Source of the DNA: a virus | IMG/VR virus record: IMGVR_UViG_3300047548_000785 | Coordinates: 3,700 to 67,699 of that record | Reading direction: 5' to 3' (one strand) | Length of the DNA: 64,000 nucleotides | Notes under the pieces: generated by a model | Databases searched by the model: none | What the model was told of the DNA's origin: nothing | The model's input: the letters and a program-made list of their open reading frames with translations, nothing else | Shown: piece by piece, positions 1 through 7,134 of the stretch | How positions within the stretch are numbered: position 1 is the stretch's first letter | Layout of the letters: each line of letters begins with the position of its first letter | Program-made: the position numbers and the translations under genes

Positions 1-28
1 GCTTTTCAATTTCAAAGTAGTTGTTCAT
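1..28 (-). CDS. 5' end of a leftward gene running off the window (MNNYFEIEK...)
   Basis: ATG at 28 preceded by GAAAGGAAAACTA, the same RBS block found before the 104..259 ORF. Confidence 0.55.
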
Positions 29-81
29 TTTAGTTTTCCTTTCTTTCTTTATATTATTATTCAATCACACTTGTTTCTAAA

Positions 82-101
82 AGTCAAGGCGACACGCCGA
101 T
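82..101 (-). promoter_or_regulatory. Conserved upstream motif ATCGGCGTGTCGC next to a TTGACT -35-like box
   Basis: 13-bp GCGACACGCCGAT (+ strand 89-101) is repeated exactly at 315-327; TTGACT lies at 87-82 on the minus strand. Confidence 0.6.
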
Positions 102-103
102 AA

Positions 104-259
104 CTACGAAACTTTTTCTAACTTTTTTCCTGCTGGGTGTAGTGCCATAGCCTTGTGCAGGGGGCACAGAATATAAGTACCAACTACATTGCTAGTAGTG
201 ATAGGAACCCAAACACCACAGTCCTTGTGTCCACATTGTGTCGAATAAATCTTAGCCAT
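104..259 (-). CDS. 51-aa putative zinc-binding protein (not in the ORF track)
   Basis: Manual translation MAKIYSTQCGHKDCGVWVPITTSNVVGTYILCPLHKAMALHPAGKKLEKVS; CxxxxC...CxxH; RBS GAAAGGAAAACTA directly upstream. Confidence 0.7.
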   Translation of the reverse strand: MAKIYSTQCGHKDCGVWVPITTSNVVGTYILCPLHKAMALHPAGKKLEKVS

Positions 260-314
260 TAGTTTTCCTTTCGTTATGTATTCATTCTATATCAAGCCAC
301 TGACATTCTGGTAA

Positions 315-327
315 GCGACACGCCGAT
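315..327 (-). promoter_or_regulatory. Second copy of the ATCGGCGTGTCGC motif, upstream of 104..259
   Basis: Exact 13-bp repeat of 89-101, followed on the minus strand by a TAGAAT -10-like box and an RBS. Confidence 0.6.
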
Positions 328-470
328 GATCGAAAAAATAATTAAAAATAATTTGAACGTGGGGGGGTGTAGTGTGCGGACTAATTTTTCTTGCTTTTTC
401 TTTTCAAAACGTGTATCGTACATCTTTGCAAAATTTTGTAATTTTTGTAAAATCCAATTTTTGCAGGGTA

Positions 471-1211
471 TCACTCAACAACAAGCTTCTTGATCTCATT
501 AAGAATTAAAGCCGGAACACCAGCTTCTTCAGATACTCTATAACGTTCCTTCAAAGGAAGATTCATTCCATAACGCATAGGTGCTGCAGCATGTTCTGTA
601 GCCATAGCCAACAATTTATCATTAGCCTCATATCGCTTAAACACAATTTTCTTATCAGTCATAAACTCAACAAACATTAAAGGATCATTTTCCTTGACAC
701 TAAAATGTGTCTCCCCTTCTGGTACGTGATATTCCAAAGCCACATGCCTATACCATCTTCCAATATCAAATTCTCCAGTAGCTAAAAGTGCACCACGCAT
801 AGGAGAAAAAGCAGGGTAGTAGGGAGCAGTAAACTTAGCAACAACAGGTTCTGATGCAAACATAATCCAATTCAATGAATACGTCATAGCATAATAGTTT
901 TTAAGGTTTGAATGTCTTGTCTTCTGACATGCAATAGCAGCAGGAACCTGGTAACGATATGTTTCGGTTTCTTTAGCTTTTTCAATCTCTTCTAAATCAA
1001 AATCAAATTCTTCTGTAATGGCACTCTTAAACACGAATACATTATTCAACCTATCCTTCATTGCAGGACATCTAGTTTGATTAGCATATGGAGTCTTTTC
1101 TCCATGCACAAAGCTTAACAAGCTTTCTGGTTTGCGATAAACCATATTGTATGGTTCTCGTTCATGATCATAAGATCCAGGTGCCCAATAGACGGTAATC
1201 TCTTTGCTCAT
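471..1211 (-). CDS. Hypothetical protein, 246 aa (possibly beta-rich dUTPase/DUF6065-like fold)
   Basis: Long ORF with RBS GAGGAG; RCPA, GEFDIGRW and KENDPLMF segments. Fold guess is weak. Confidence 0.75.
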   Translation of the reverse strand: MSKEITVYWAPGSYDHEREPYNMVYRKPESLLSFVHGEKTPYANQTRCPAMKDRLNNVFVFKSAITEEFDFDLEEIEKAKETETYRYQVPAAIACQKTRHSNLKNYYAMTYSLNWIMFASEPVVAKFTAPYYPAFSPMRGALLATGEFDIGRWYRHVALEYHVPEGETHFSVKENDPLMFVEFMTDKKIVFKRYEANDKLLAMATEHAAAPMRYGMNLPLKERYRVSEEAGVPALILNEIKKLVVE

Positions 1212-1238
1212 TCTCTCTCCTCTTTTTTGCGGTATAAA

Positions 1239-1319
1239 TTATTTACCACATGTACATTGATCTCCACAGTCAGACTTGACCATAAGATCTTCTTCTAAAA
1301 AAACACATTCAGCACACAT
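1239..1319 (-). CDS. 26-aa Cys-rich micro-protein (not in the ORF track)
   Basis: MCAECVFLEEDLMVKSDCGDQCTCGK; starts 3 nt after the stop of 1323..1526 and fills the gap before 471..1211. Confidence 0.5.
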   Translation of the reverse strand: MCAECVFLEEDLMVKSDCGDQCTCGK

Positions 1320-1322
1320 GGT

Positions 1323-1526
1323 TTACCATTTTCCAATAGGACATTTTGCTTGCAGCAGGGTAGTTTTAAGTTGCATAAAACATCCACACTTTCTACACTT
1401 ATTCAAATATTTATTAAACGCAGGACATACTTTACAGATCTCTAATCTTTGCTCAATAAGTTCTTTATCTGATCTTGGTTGGTTTGGATCAAACAAATCA
1501 CTAAATTGTACGTCTCCATTTTTCAT
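1323..1526 (-). CDS. Small Cys-rich protein, DUF6171-like
   Basis: RLEICKVC...CRKCGCF...CPIGKW pattern; TGATATAAT lies 6 nt before the ATG. Confidence 0.8.
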   Translation of the reverse strand: MKNGDVQFSDLFDPNQPRSDKELIEQRLEICKVCPAFNKYLNKCRKCGCFMQLKTTLLQAKCPIGKW

Positions 1527-1631
1527 ATTTCAATTATATCAGGTTTGAGCTGTTCGGAAATTCCGAATAGTTGGTTTGGCAAAAGTTTCGCGGTATCAAA
1601 CCATCTCTGATGGTGTTTGCGAAGCAAACAA

Positions 1632-1698
1632 ATAACCCCTCATGATCGATCATAGTATTTATATAATCATCCTCGACCTATGTCGTATGAGGGGCTAT
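1632..1698 (-). ncRNA. Candidate structured small RNA (three-way junction)
   Basis: 12-bp closing stem plus two inner hairpins, directly downstream of a TTGACA-N16-TATAAT promoter; G-U wobbles form only on the minus strand. Confidence 0.55.
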
Positions 1699-1704
1699 AT
1701 AACC

Positions 1705-1732
1705 ATTATACACCTTTTGAACGGTTTGTCAA
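1705..1732 (-). promoter_or_regulatory. Consensus sigma70-type promoter, leftward
   Basis: TTGACA (1732-1727), 16-nt spacer, TATAAT (1710-1705). Confidence 0.7.
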
Positions 1733-1756
1733 TATACGAGGTTTATAATTATATAT

Positions 1757-2308
1757 ATGATTGCTAGGATAGTTATTGTCATATTAACGGTTTTGGGGGC
1801 AACTACCGTAATAGTTCCTCGCAGTACCCCCGAACCTTCTCAAACAACACCTGCCAACATGTGTGTGCTTCGGGAAAGAGTCGAGATTATTCCAAATACC
1901 ATGGTTTGGCCAGTATCTCCTACAGAAATAACATCACCATTTGGAGATCGTCCAGAATTACCTTTCGGATTTCACTATGGTTTAGATTTTGGGACAGGAT
2001 GGAGTGATCCTATTCCTGCAGTTATTGGAGGTACTGTTATTTTCGCAGGTTGGAGTTATGGCAATGAAATTCGTATTCAGAATGGTCAATACACATATCT
2101 TTACGCACATCTCAGTAAAATTGACGTAGTTGTAGGTCAAGAAGTTGCAATGGGTGAAATAATCGGTTTATCAGGCTCTACAGGGCTTTCGCTAGGTCCT
2201 CACCTGCATTTAGAAATCTGGGATAATGGAGTACCTATAGATCCGTATCCTATTCTTGTAGCACAAACAGAGGTTAAGAAGAATGTCACAGAAGAAGTAG
2301 TGTGTTAA
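1757..2308 (+). CDS. M23 family metallopeptidase with N-terminal signal/anchor
   Basis: HYGLD (HxxxD), YAHL and PHLHLE (HxH) motifs; hydrophobic N-terminus. Confidence 0.9.
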   Translation: MIARIVIVILTVLGATTVIVPRSTPEPSQTTPANMCVLRERVEIIPNTMVWPVSPTEITSPFGDRPELPFGFHYGLDFGTGWSDPIPAVIGGTVIFAGWSYGNEIRIQNGQYTYLYAHLSKIDVVVGQEVAMGEIIGLSGSTGLSLGPHLHLEIWDNGVPIDPYPILVAQTEVKKNVTEEVVC

Positions 2309-2310
2309 GT

Positions 2311-2527
2311 ATCTTTACATATAACAGCCTATATGTAAAAATAATCGCAAAATCTTTACATATAATGTGTGCGTTCATACACATTTTATCTGTTTAGGGG
2401 GGCTAAACTACTGCTTTAGGCCAAAAAGTGTGCGTTCGTGCACATTTAAAATCAGTACGATAGTTCCGAATACCGATAAAAGTTGGTGTAAAACAACAAT
2501 AATTGGTCTAAATCAGCACGATCGTTC
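2311..2527. repeat. Chain of three adjacent direct-repeat pairs with palindromes
   Basis: ATCTTTACATATAA at 2311 and 2352; 23-mer at 2364 and 2425 (20/23); 18-mer at 2449 and 2510 (16/18). Confidence 0.75.
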
Positions 2528-2547
2528 TCATTTAGCTTAAATAAGGT

Positions 2548-2589
2548 TTAGCAGTTGCAGCAAATACCGCAGTCTTCACATTCAATCAT
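2548..2589 (-). CDS. 13-aa Cys-rich micro-ORF MIECEDCGICCNC
   Basis: 5 of 13 residues are Cys; TACAAT lies 5 nt before the ATG. Very short, so chance cannot be excluded. Confidence 0.35.
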   Translation of the reverse strand: MIECEDCGICCNC

Positions 2590-2757
2590 ATTTTATTGTA
2601 TTCCCCGTATTCAAACATATGGAGGTTTGTTTATAGGGGCTATACTTCTCGCCGCGACTTTAGGTCCCCGAACTTTACCGCCGAAGCAATGTGTGTTTAT
2701 CTTAGTTATCAACATGTTGTGTATAACTTTTAAAAAGCACACTATAATAGATATATC

Positions 2758-3081
2758 ATGACTTGGCAAGAATGGGTTCCTCTCACCGTAGGTATCATAG
2801 CGATTATTACAGCACTCGGAGGTTTTCTAAGATATGTTATTAAAAACTTTTTACGTCAAGAACTTCATATAATCAAGCATGAACTTCAGCCTAATAGTGG
2901 TAAGTCTATTAAGGATCAAGTTACCAGGCTAGAAGAAACACAAAAAATAATGAAAATGGAACAAGACGATCATATTAAAACTCAACGTGAAGAAGAAAAT
3001 AAAATCGAACATCGAATCGATAAAATTGAAAAGAAAATTGATCGTTTATACGAGATTGTTATCCAAAAGCTCGGTAACTAA
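2758..3081 (+). CDS. Single-TM membrane protein with coiled-coil tail (DUF2746-like, possible lysis accessory)
   Basis: N-terminal TM helix, PNSGKSIKD motif resembling the NGGSSLRD motif of actinophage membrane proteins, heptad-like C-terminus. Confidence 0.75.
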   Translation: MTWQEWVPLTVGIIAIITALGGFLRYVIKNFLRQELHIIKHELQPNSGKSIKDQVTRLEETQKIMKMEQDDHIKTQREEENKIEHRIDKIEKKIDRLYEIVIQKLGN

Positions 3082-3198
3082 TATATATCTATATACCTTA
3101 TATCTTAATATCTTAGTTTGCTAGGTATTCTTCTTTCTTATATTATTAATATTATACACATAAGTTCATCTTCTTGATACAAAAAATAGATATTTTTA

Positions 3199-3256
3199 TG
3201 TAACAATTGTGTAACATTTTGATTACAAACATGTAACGTTATAATTATGTTATAAT
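3199..3256 (+). promoter_or_regulatory. 11-bp-period GTAAC repeats followed by extended -10 TGTTATAAT
   Basis: GTAAC at 3200, 3211 and 3233, ATTAC at 3222; TGTTATAAT at 3248-3256. Confidence 0.5.
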
Positions 3257-3263
3257 TTATTTG

Positions 3264-3318
3264 ACTACTACCTAGGTTTTCTCTCTCTCATACCCACTTC
3301 CTAGGTAGTAGTTTTTTT
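3264..3318 (+). ncRNA. Candidate hairpin small RNA / terminator with 23-nt pyrimidine-rich loop
   Basis: Perfect 13-bp stem ACTACTACCTAGG/CCTAGGTAGTAGT, T-run after it, and an extended -10 ending 7 nt upstream. Confidence 0.5.
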
Positions 3319-3391
3319 ATTTATAATTTTTTACCTGATATAATAATATAAGAAGAGAAGTCTTCGTTAACTGATAGGAAGTGGAATAAAA

Positions 3392-3484
3392 ATGGCTACT
3401 AAGTCAAATAAAAGAGACAACATGAATACGCCTGATGATGAATGGCTACCTGTTGGATATGATGCAGAAGAGGTCAACAAATGA
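3392..3484 (+). CDS. 30-aa peptide overlapping the endolysin start (ATGA)
   Basis: MATKSNKRDNMNTPDDEWLPVGYDAEEVNK; AGGAAG/GGA upstream; its stop overlaps the ATG at 3481. Confidence 0.5.
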   Translation: MATKSNKRDNMNTPDDEWLPVGYDAEEVNK

Positions 3485-5226
3485 GTTTGTGGTGGCCTGT
3501 AGATAATGTTAGAATTACTGGTGATTTCGCTGGATGGCCAGAGTTTTATTCGAAATATGGAATGAGAGGCCACAACGGAATTGATATTGGTGTTGGTGTA
3601 GGTACCCCAGTCTATGCCGCCGAAGCTGGCGTTATTCATTTTGAAGGATGGGGAAATAATAACGGATGGATGGGATCATCTGCTGGTATCTGTGTACTAA
3701 TTCGTCATGGCTGGGGTTACACTGGATATGCACACCTTTCTGAAACCCTTGTCAACAATGGTCAAAGTGTAGCAAAGGGTCAGCTTATTGGAAAGTCTGG
3801 TAACACTGGTCTTTCTACTGGTCCACACCTTCACTTTGAGACACTACCCCCAAGTCCAGACTGGAAAAATGGTTTTGCTGGTCGTGTAAACCCACGTAAT
3901 TATGGAATTGAGGCTCGTGGATCAAGTGGCGGTGGTGGTGCAATGACAGCACAACAGCGTCAGGTAGGCAGCGAACCAGTTAATCGTCGCCTAGACCCAA
4001 ATACTTCACGTGCACCTATTCCAGAGCAACTTGCTCCAGGTGACGTAGGAAACTTTAATGGATGGATTCGTGGAGAATCTGTTAATGGAAATAATGTTTG
4101 GTTCCGTGGTATTTCTGGAAACTGGTTCTGGTCTGGAGGATTTACCTCACAGTCTACAGCTGGTCTTACAGATCTTAATCCTGCACCAGCACCAGCACCT
4201 ACAAACCCAGCAGAAAGAGTTGTTGGAAGCGTTTCTGTAAGAAAACGTCCTACGCCTGCAACCTCCGGTGCTATTCTTGGAGAAATTCCTGCAAACACTA
4301 AGGTTGTTTTTGATGGATGGGCTGCAGGAGAAACTGTTGATGGAAACAACTTGTGGTATCACTCAGCAGAAGGATGGTGGTCCTGGTCTGGTGCATACAC
4401 CAAAGTTGCAAAGGATGGACTTAAGGATATGACTCCTAAGCCAACTCCAACACCAACGCCCACACCGACTCCAACGCCAACTCCTACCCCAACACCGAGT
4501 GGTCGTAAGCCAGTAAGTCAAACAACTCCAAACTGGGATATGAGTAGTTCAGACGCTCCGTCATCTTATCCAAGACCTACGGCAAAGAAAAGCAGTATTG
4601 TTTTCCCGTCTAACATTGTAGAACGGAAAGATCCTGCCAGTCCAAATGGATACACTGTTGGTCGTCCAGATCCTAAAGGTCCAAACCATATTGTTTTGCA
4701 TCATGCAGCGACAACTTCGTTATCTGGAGCAATCAATACTTTGCGAGGTACTAATGGTGCACCTACTGCAAACTATGTTGTTAAAGATAATGAGCTTGTA
4801 TCTATGGTTTCCGAAGAAGATACAGCGTGGACAAATGGCAGGTGGACATCTAACACATACTCAGTTACATTTGAAATGATTAATGAGTCTGGTTCTGGAT
4901 CAACATGGCAGCCACCATCAAAGGCTACATGTGAGACAACGGCATGGGCAATGGCAAGAGCAGCACAGAGATGGAATATTGAGCTACCACTCGAATATGG
5001 CATCAATGTGTTTGGACATAAAGATGTTTCAAAATCTGCGACAGCTTGTCCAGGAAATCTAGATGTAAAAGCGGTTGTAGCAAGAGCTAATGAAATTATC
5101 AAAACTACTCCAGCACCTACACCAACACCTAGTAATAATACCGACAAAAAGAAAATTGCAGATGCTCTAGATATTATTCAAGATAAAATTGGTGAAATTT
5201 CAAGCATTCTACGAGAAGAGAAGTAA
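3481..5226 (+). CDS. Modular endolysin: M23 peptidase, two SH3b-like repeats, Pro-Thr linker, Amidase_2
   Basis: HNGID/YAHL/PHLHFE; two GExVxGNNxW repeats; IVLHH...FE...GHKD...ACPG zinc amidase motif; directly upstream of a holin. Confidence 0.92.
   Translation: MSLWWPVDNVRITGDFAGWPEFYSKYGMRGHNGIDIGVGVGTPVYAAEAGVIHFEGWGNNNGWMGSSAGICVLIRHGWGYTGYAHLSETLVNNGQSVAKGQLIGKSGNTGLSTGPHLHFETLPPSPDWKNGFAGRVNPRNYGIEARGSSGGGGAMTAQQRQVGSEPVNRRLDPNTSRAPIPEQLAPGDVGNFNGWIRGESVNGNNVWFRGISGNWFWSGGFTSQSTAGLTDLNPAPAPAPTNPAERVVGSVSVRKRPTPATSGAILGEIPANTKVVFDGWAAGETVDGNNLWYHSAEGWWSWSGAYTKVAKDGLKDMTPKPTPTPTPTPTPTPTPTPTPSGRKPVSQTTPNWDMSSSDAPSSYPRPTAKKSSIVFPSNIVERKDPASPNGYTVGRPDPKGPNHIVLHHAATTSLSGAINTLRGTNGAPTANYVVKDNELVSMVSEEDTAWTNGRWTSNTYSVTFEMINESGSGSTWQPPSKATCETTAWAMARAAQRWNIELPLEYGINVFGHKDVSKSATACPGNLDVKAVVARANEIIKTTPAPTPTPSNNTDKKKIADALDIIQDKIGEISSILREEK
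4441..4497 (+). repeat. (Pro-Thr)9 linker with varied codons
   Basis: CCN ACN tandem units inside the endolysin. Confidence 0.9.
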
Positions 5227-5237
5227 GGAGGAGGATT

Positions 5238-5573
5238 ATGTATTTGTTTACAAAAGATTTTTGGACCTATGCTTTTGAGCGTATGGTAAAAACTATTGCT
5301 CAAGCTGCGATTGCTCTTATCACTGCCGAAGCTTTCGGTCTTTTTGACGGACAAGCATGGCTTAATGTTGCATCTGTAGCAGGTATGGCAGGAATTGTTT
5401 CTGTTCTTATGTCGCTACAATCATACTCAGCAGTCAACAATGATGCTGACATGAAAGCACTAGAAGCTACAGTTGCTAGAATGACGCAAAAGGCACAGAT
5501 TGTTGAGTCATCTGCACAAGCAATTAAGTCTGGTGCTGCAGGAGTAGAACTTCCTACAGACGCTAAGGGTTAA
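5238..5573 (+). CDS. Holin, r1t-like
   Basis: FWxxAxERxVKTxAQ motif and two hydrophobic helices; RBS AAGGAGG; follows the endolysin. Confidence 0.88.
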   Translation: MYLFTKDFWTYAFERMVKTIAQAAIALITAEAFGLFDGQAWLNVASVAGMAGIVSVLMSLQSYSAVNNDADMKALEATVARMTQKAQIVESSAQAIKSGAAGVELPTDAKG

Positions 5574-5587
5574 TTTGATCTAAAAAT

Positions 5588-5620
5588 GTGGGGGTAGTTT
5601 TTACGACTGCCCCCACTTTT
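5588..5620 (+). terminator. Intrinsic terminator after the lysis cassette
   Basis: GTGGGGGTAGT / ACTGCCCCCAC stem followed by TTTT. Confidence 0.85.
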
Positions 5621-5638
5621 ATCTGTTATAATTAAAAT

Positions 5639-6328
5639 ATGGCATTTCCAGGTACATACGACATTAATTACTATCGAGGAGATACATTCGAGTTTAGAAT
5701 TTATCCACGCGATAACAGTGGTGAAGCATTTAGCCTTCAAGGATATTTGCCACCATATTTTACTATTGCTAATGCCAAAGGAGATGCTGCTACTGTAATT
5801 AAAACAGGATATGCAGAAATTGTTTCCAATGAATATATCAAATGTGCTATTACACCAGATATTGGCAATGAACTAGTTGCTGGAACACAATATGTTTATG
5901 ACGTAGAAATTGCTAAGCCAGGGACCGACTACAACTATATCTACACACTGCTTAATGGTAGAGTAACCGTCTTCGAACAAGTTACTGATAAGCCTATTCT
6001 TACTGCACCAGTACCAATCTCAGATATATTCTTTAGCGAAATTCCAAATGGATTTGCAGGGGCATGGTCAAACCCATCTACTGGAGATGCTCCAACTACA
6101 TATACTATTTCACTTTCACCTTTACCTAACTTCTTGCCAAGTGCTACTTTCACATTTACACAGGCAGCAGTTCCTGGCCTACTGGCAAACACTGCAGCAG
6201 CTATATCTTCTCCAGCCTTCCCACTGATTCCTGGCACAACATATTATGTTAAAATTATTGGTTCTAATGCTGCAGGATCATCCGCAGCCTATATTGAGCC
6301 ATATGTATATGGGGCAGTTACATCATAA
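5639..6328 (+). CDS. Virion protein, BppU-N-like Ig domain plus C-terminal FN3-like domain
   Basis: YYRGDTFEF...YVYDVEI...LLNGRVTV; WSNP...LIPGTTYYVKI...NAAG. Confidence 0.7.
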   Translation: MAFPGTYDINYYRGDTFEFRIYPRDNSGEAFSLQGYLPPYFTIANAKGDAATVIKTGYAEIVSNEYIKCAITPDIGNELVAGTQYVYDVEIAKPGTDYNYIYTLLNGRVTVFEQVTDKPILTAPVPISDIFFSEIPNGFAGAWSNPSTGDAPTTYTISLSPLPNFLPSATFTFTQAAVPGLLANTAAAISSPAFPLIPGTTYYVKIIGSNAAGSSAAYIEPYVYGAVTS

Positions 6329-6341
6329 TTGGTAGGTATCA

Positions 6342-7115
6342 ATGGCAACTTTAAACCGAATTAAAGAAATTGAAGCCAGCATACCACCTGTACAAAAAGG
6401 TCCAGCTTCTGTTTTAGTCCAACCAGATTTTGGTGCTAGTGGTATTCGTGGTAGTTATATTTTGTACGGTTACGGTAATCCAGCGATAGCAGATTTCTCT
6501 TTATTTACTGGAGTCGAGCCATCTTTTAAGGTCCGACAACTAGACTGGTATATCAATCTACTTGCTTCTGATCCAGAATATTTGTGGGTATATCAATATC
6601 AAGGAACAAATGAATTATCTTGGAATCGTATCTTTAAAATTATTCCAAATACATATACCGATAAAATAGACGTTACGTATACTAATGGTGTTGGGACAAT
6701 ATCATTAACTATTCCTAAAGTTAGAATACCTATTGAAGAACAGCTAAAAAAGGATATCCCCACATCTTCTACTAAAGTAGATAATGAAGCAGAAATGCTA
6801 ACAACGAATATATCTGTAAACCAATACGTATTTAGAAGAGATGTTCAAAGATTTTATCAACTAACATCATCTGATTATGAAGATATTGCTAACTGGGCAG
6901 AACGTGTGCAAATGAATATTTTACTAGATATTGAACACACTAATCCAGTATCGCTATCATTTATTATTGATGACATTAAAGAAGTTACAGCTACATCGTC
7001 ATTCCAGCTCGACATGACTATAAATGCCGCTGAAATTTCAGAAACTCTTTCAGTTTTAACGTGGTCTAAGCTAGCTGGTGTTAAGCCAACAAATATAACT
7101 GTTAGCATGTTATAA
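6342..7115 (+). CDS. Putative minor tail protein, paralog of 7135..7737
   Basis: Shares GxxGxRGSxILYGxGxP, LDWYINL and FKIIPN motifs with the next gene. Confidence 0.75.
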   Translation: MATLNRIKEIEASIPPVQKGPASVLVQPDFGASGIRGSYILYGYGNPAIADFSLFTGVEPSFKVRQLDWYINLLASDPEYLWVYQYQGTNELSWNRIFKIIPNTYTDKIDVTYTNGVGTISLTIPKVRIPIEEQLKKDIPTSSTKVDNEAEMLTTNISVNQYVFRRDVQRFYQLTSSDYEDIANWAERVQMNILLDIEHTNPVSLSFIIDDIKEVTATSSFQLDMTINAAEISETLSVLTWSKLAGVKPTNITVSML

Positions 7116-7134
7116 TTAAATAATTGGAATAATC

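Noticed and set aside
292-474. 60-aa minus-strand ORF in the track
   Set aside because: It crosses A/T tracts and the repeated regulatory motif, with low-complexity translation; more likely non-coding.
1276-1548. 90-aa plus-strand ORF
   Set aside because: Antisense shadow of the DUF6171-like gene; TTG start and no RBS.
2364-2527. CRISPR mini-array suggested by the 61-bp period and the Cas4-like gene
   Set aside because: Each repeat occurs only twice, the pairs differ from each other, they are short and unlike CRISPR repeats I know, and no other cas genes are present. Stand-alone Cas4-like nucleases are common in phages.
2555-2761. 68-aa plus-strand ORF
   Set aside because: TTG start, no RBS, and it overlaps motif-rich intergenic DNA.
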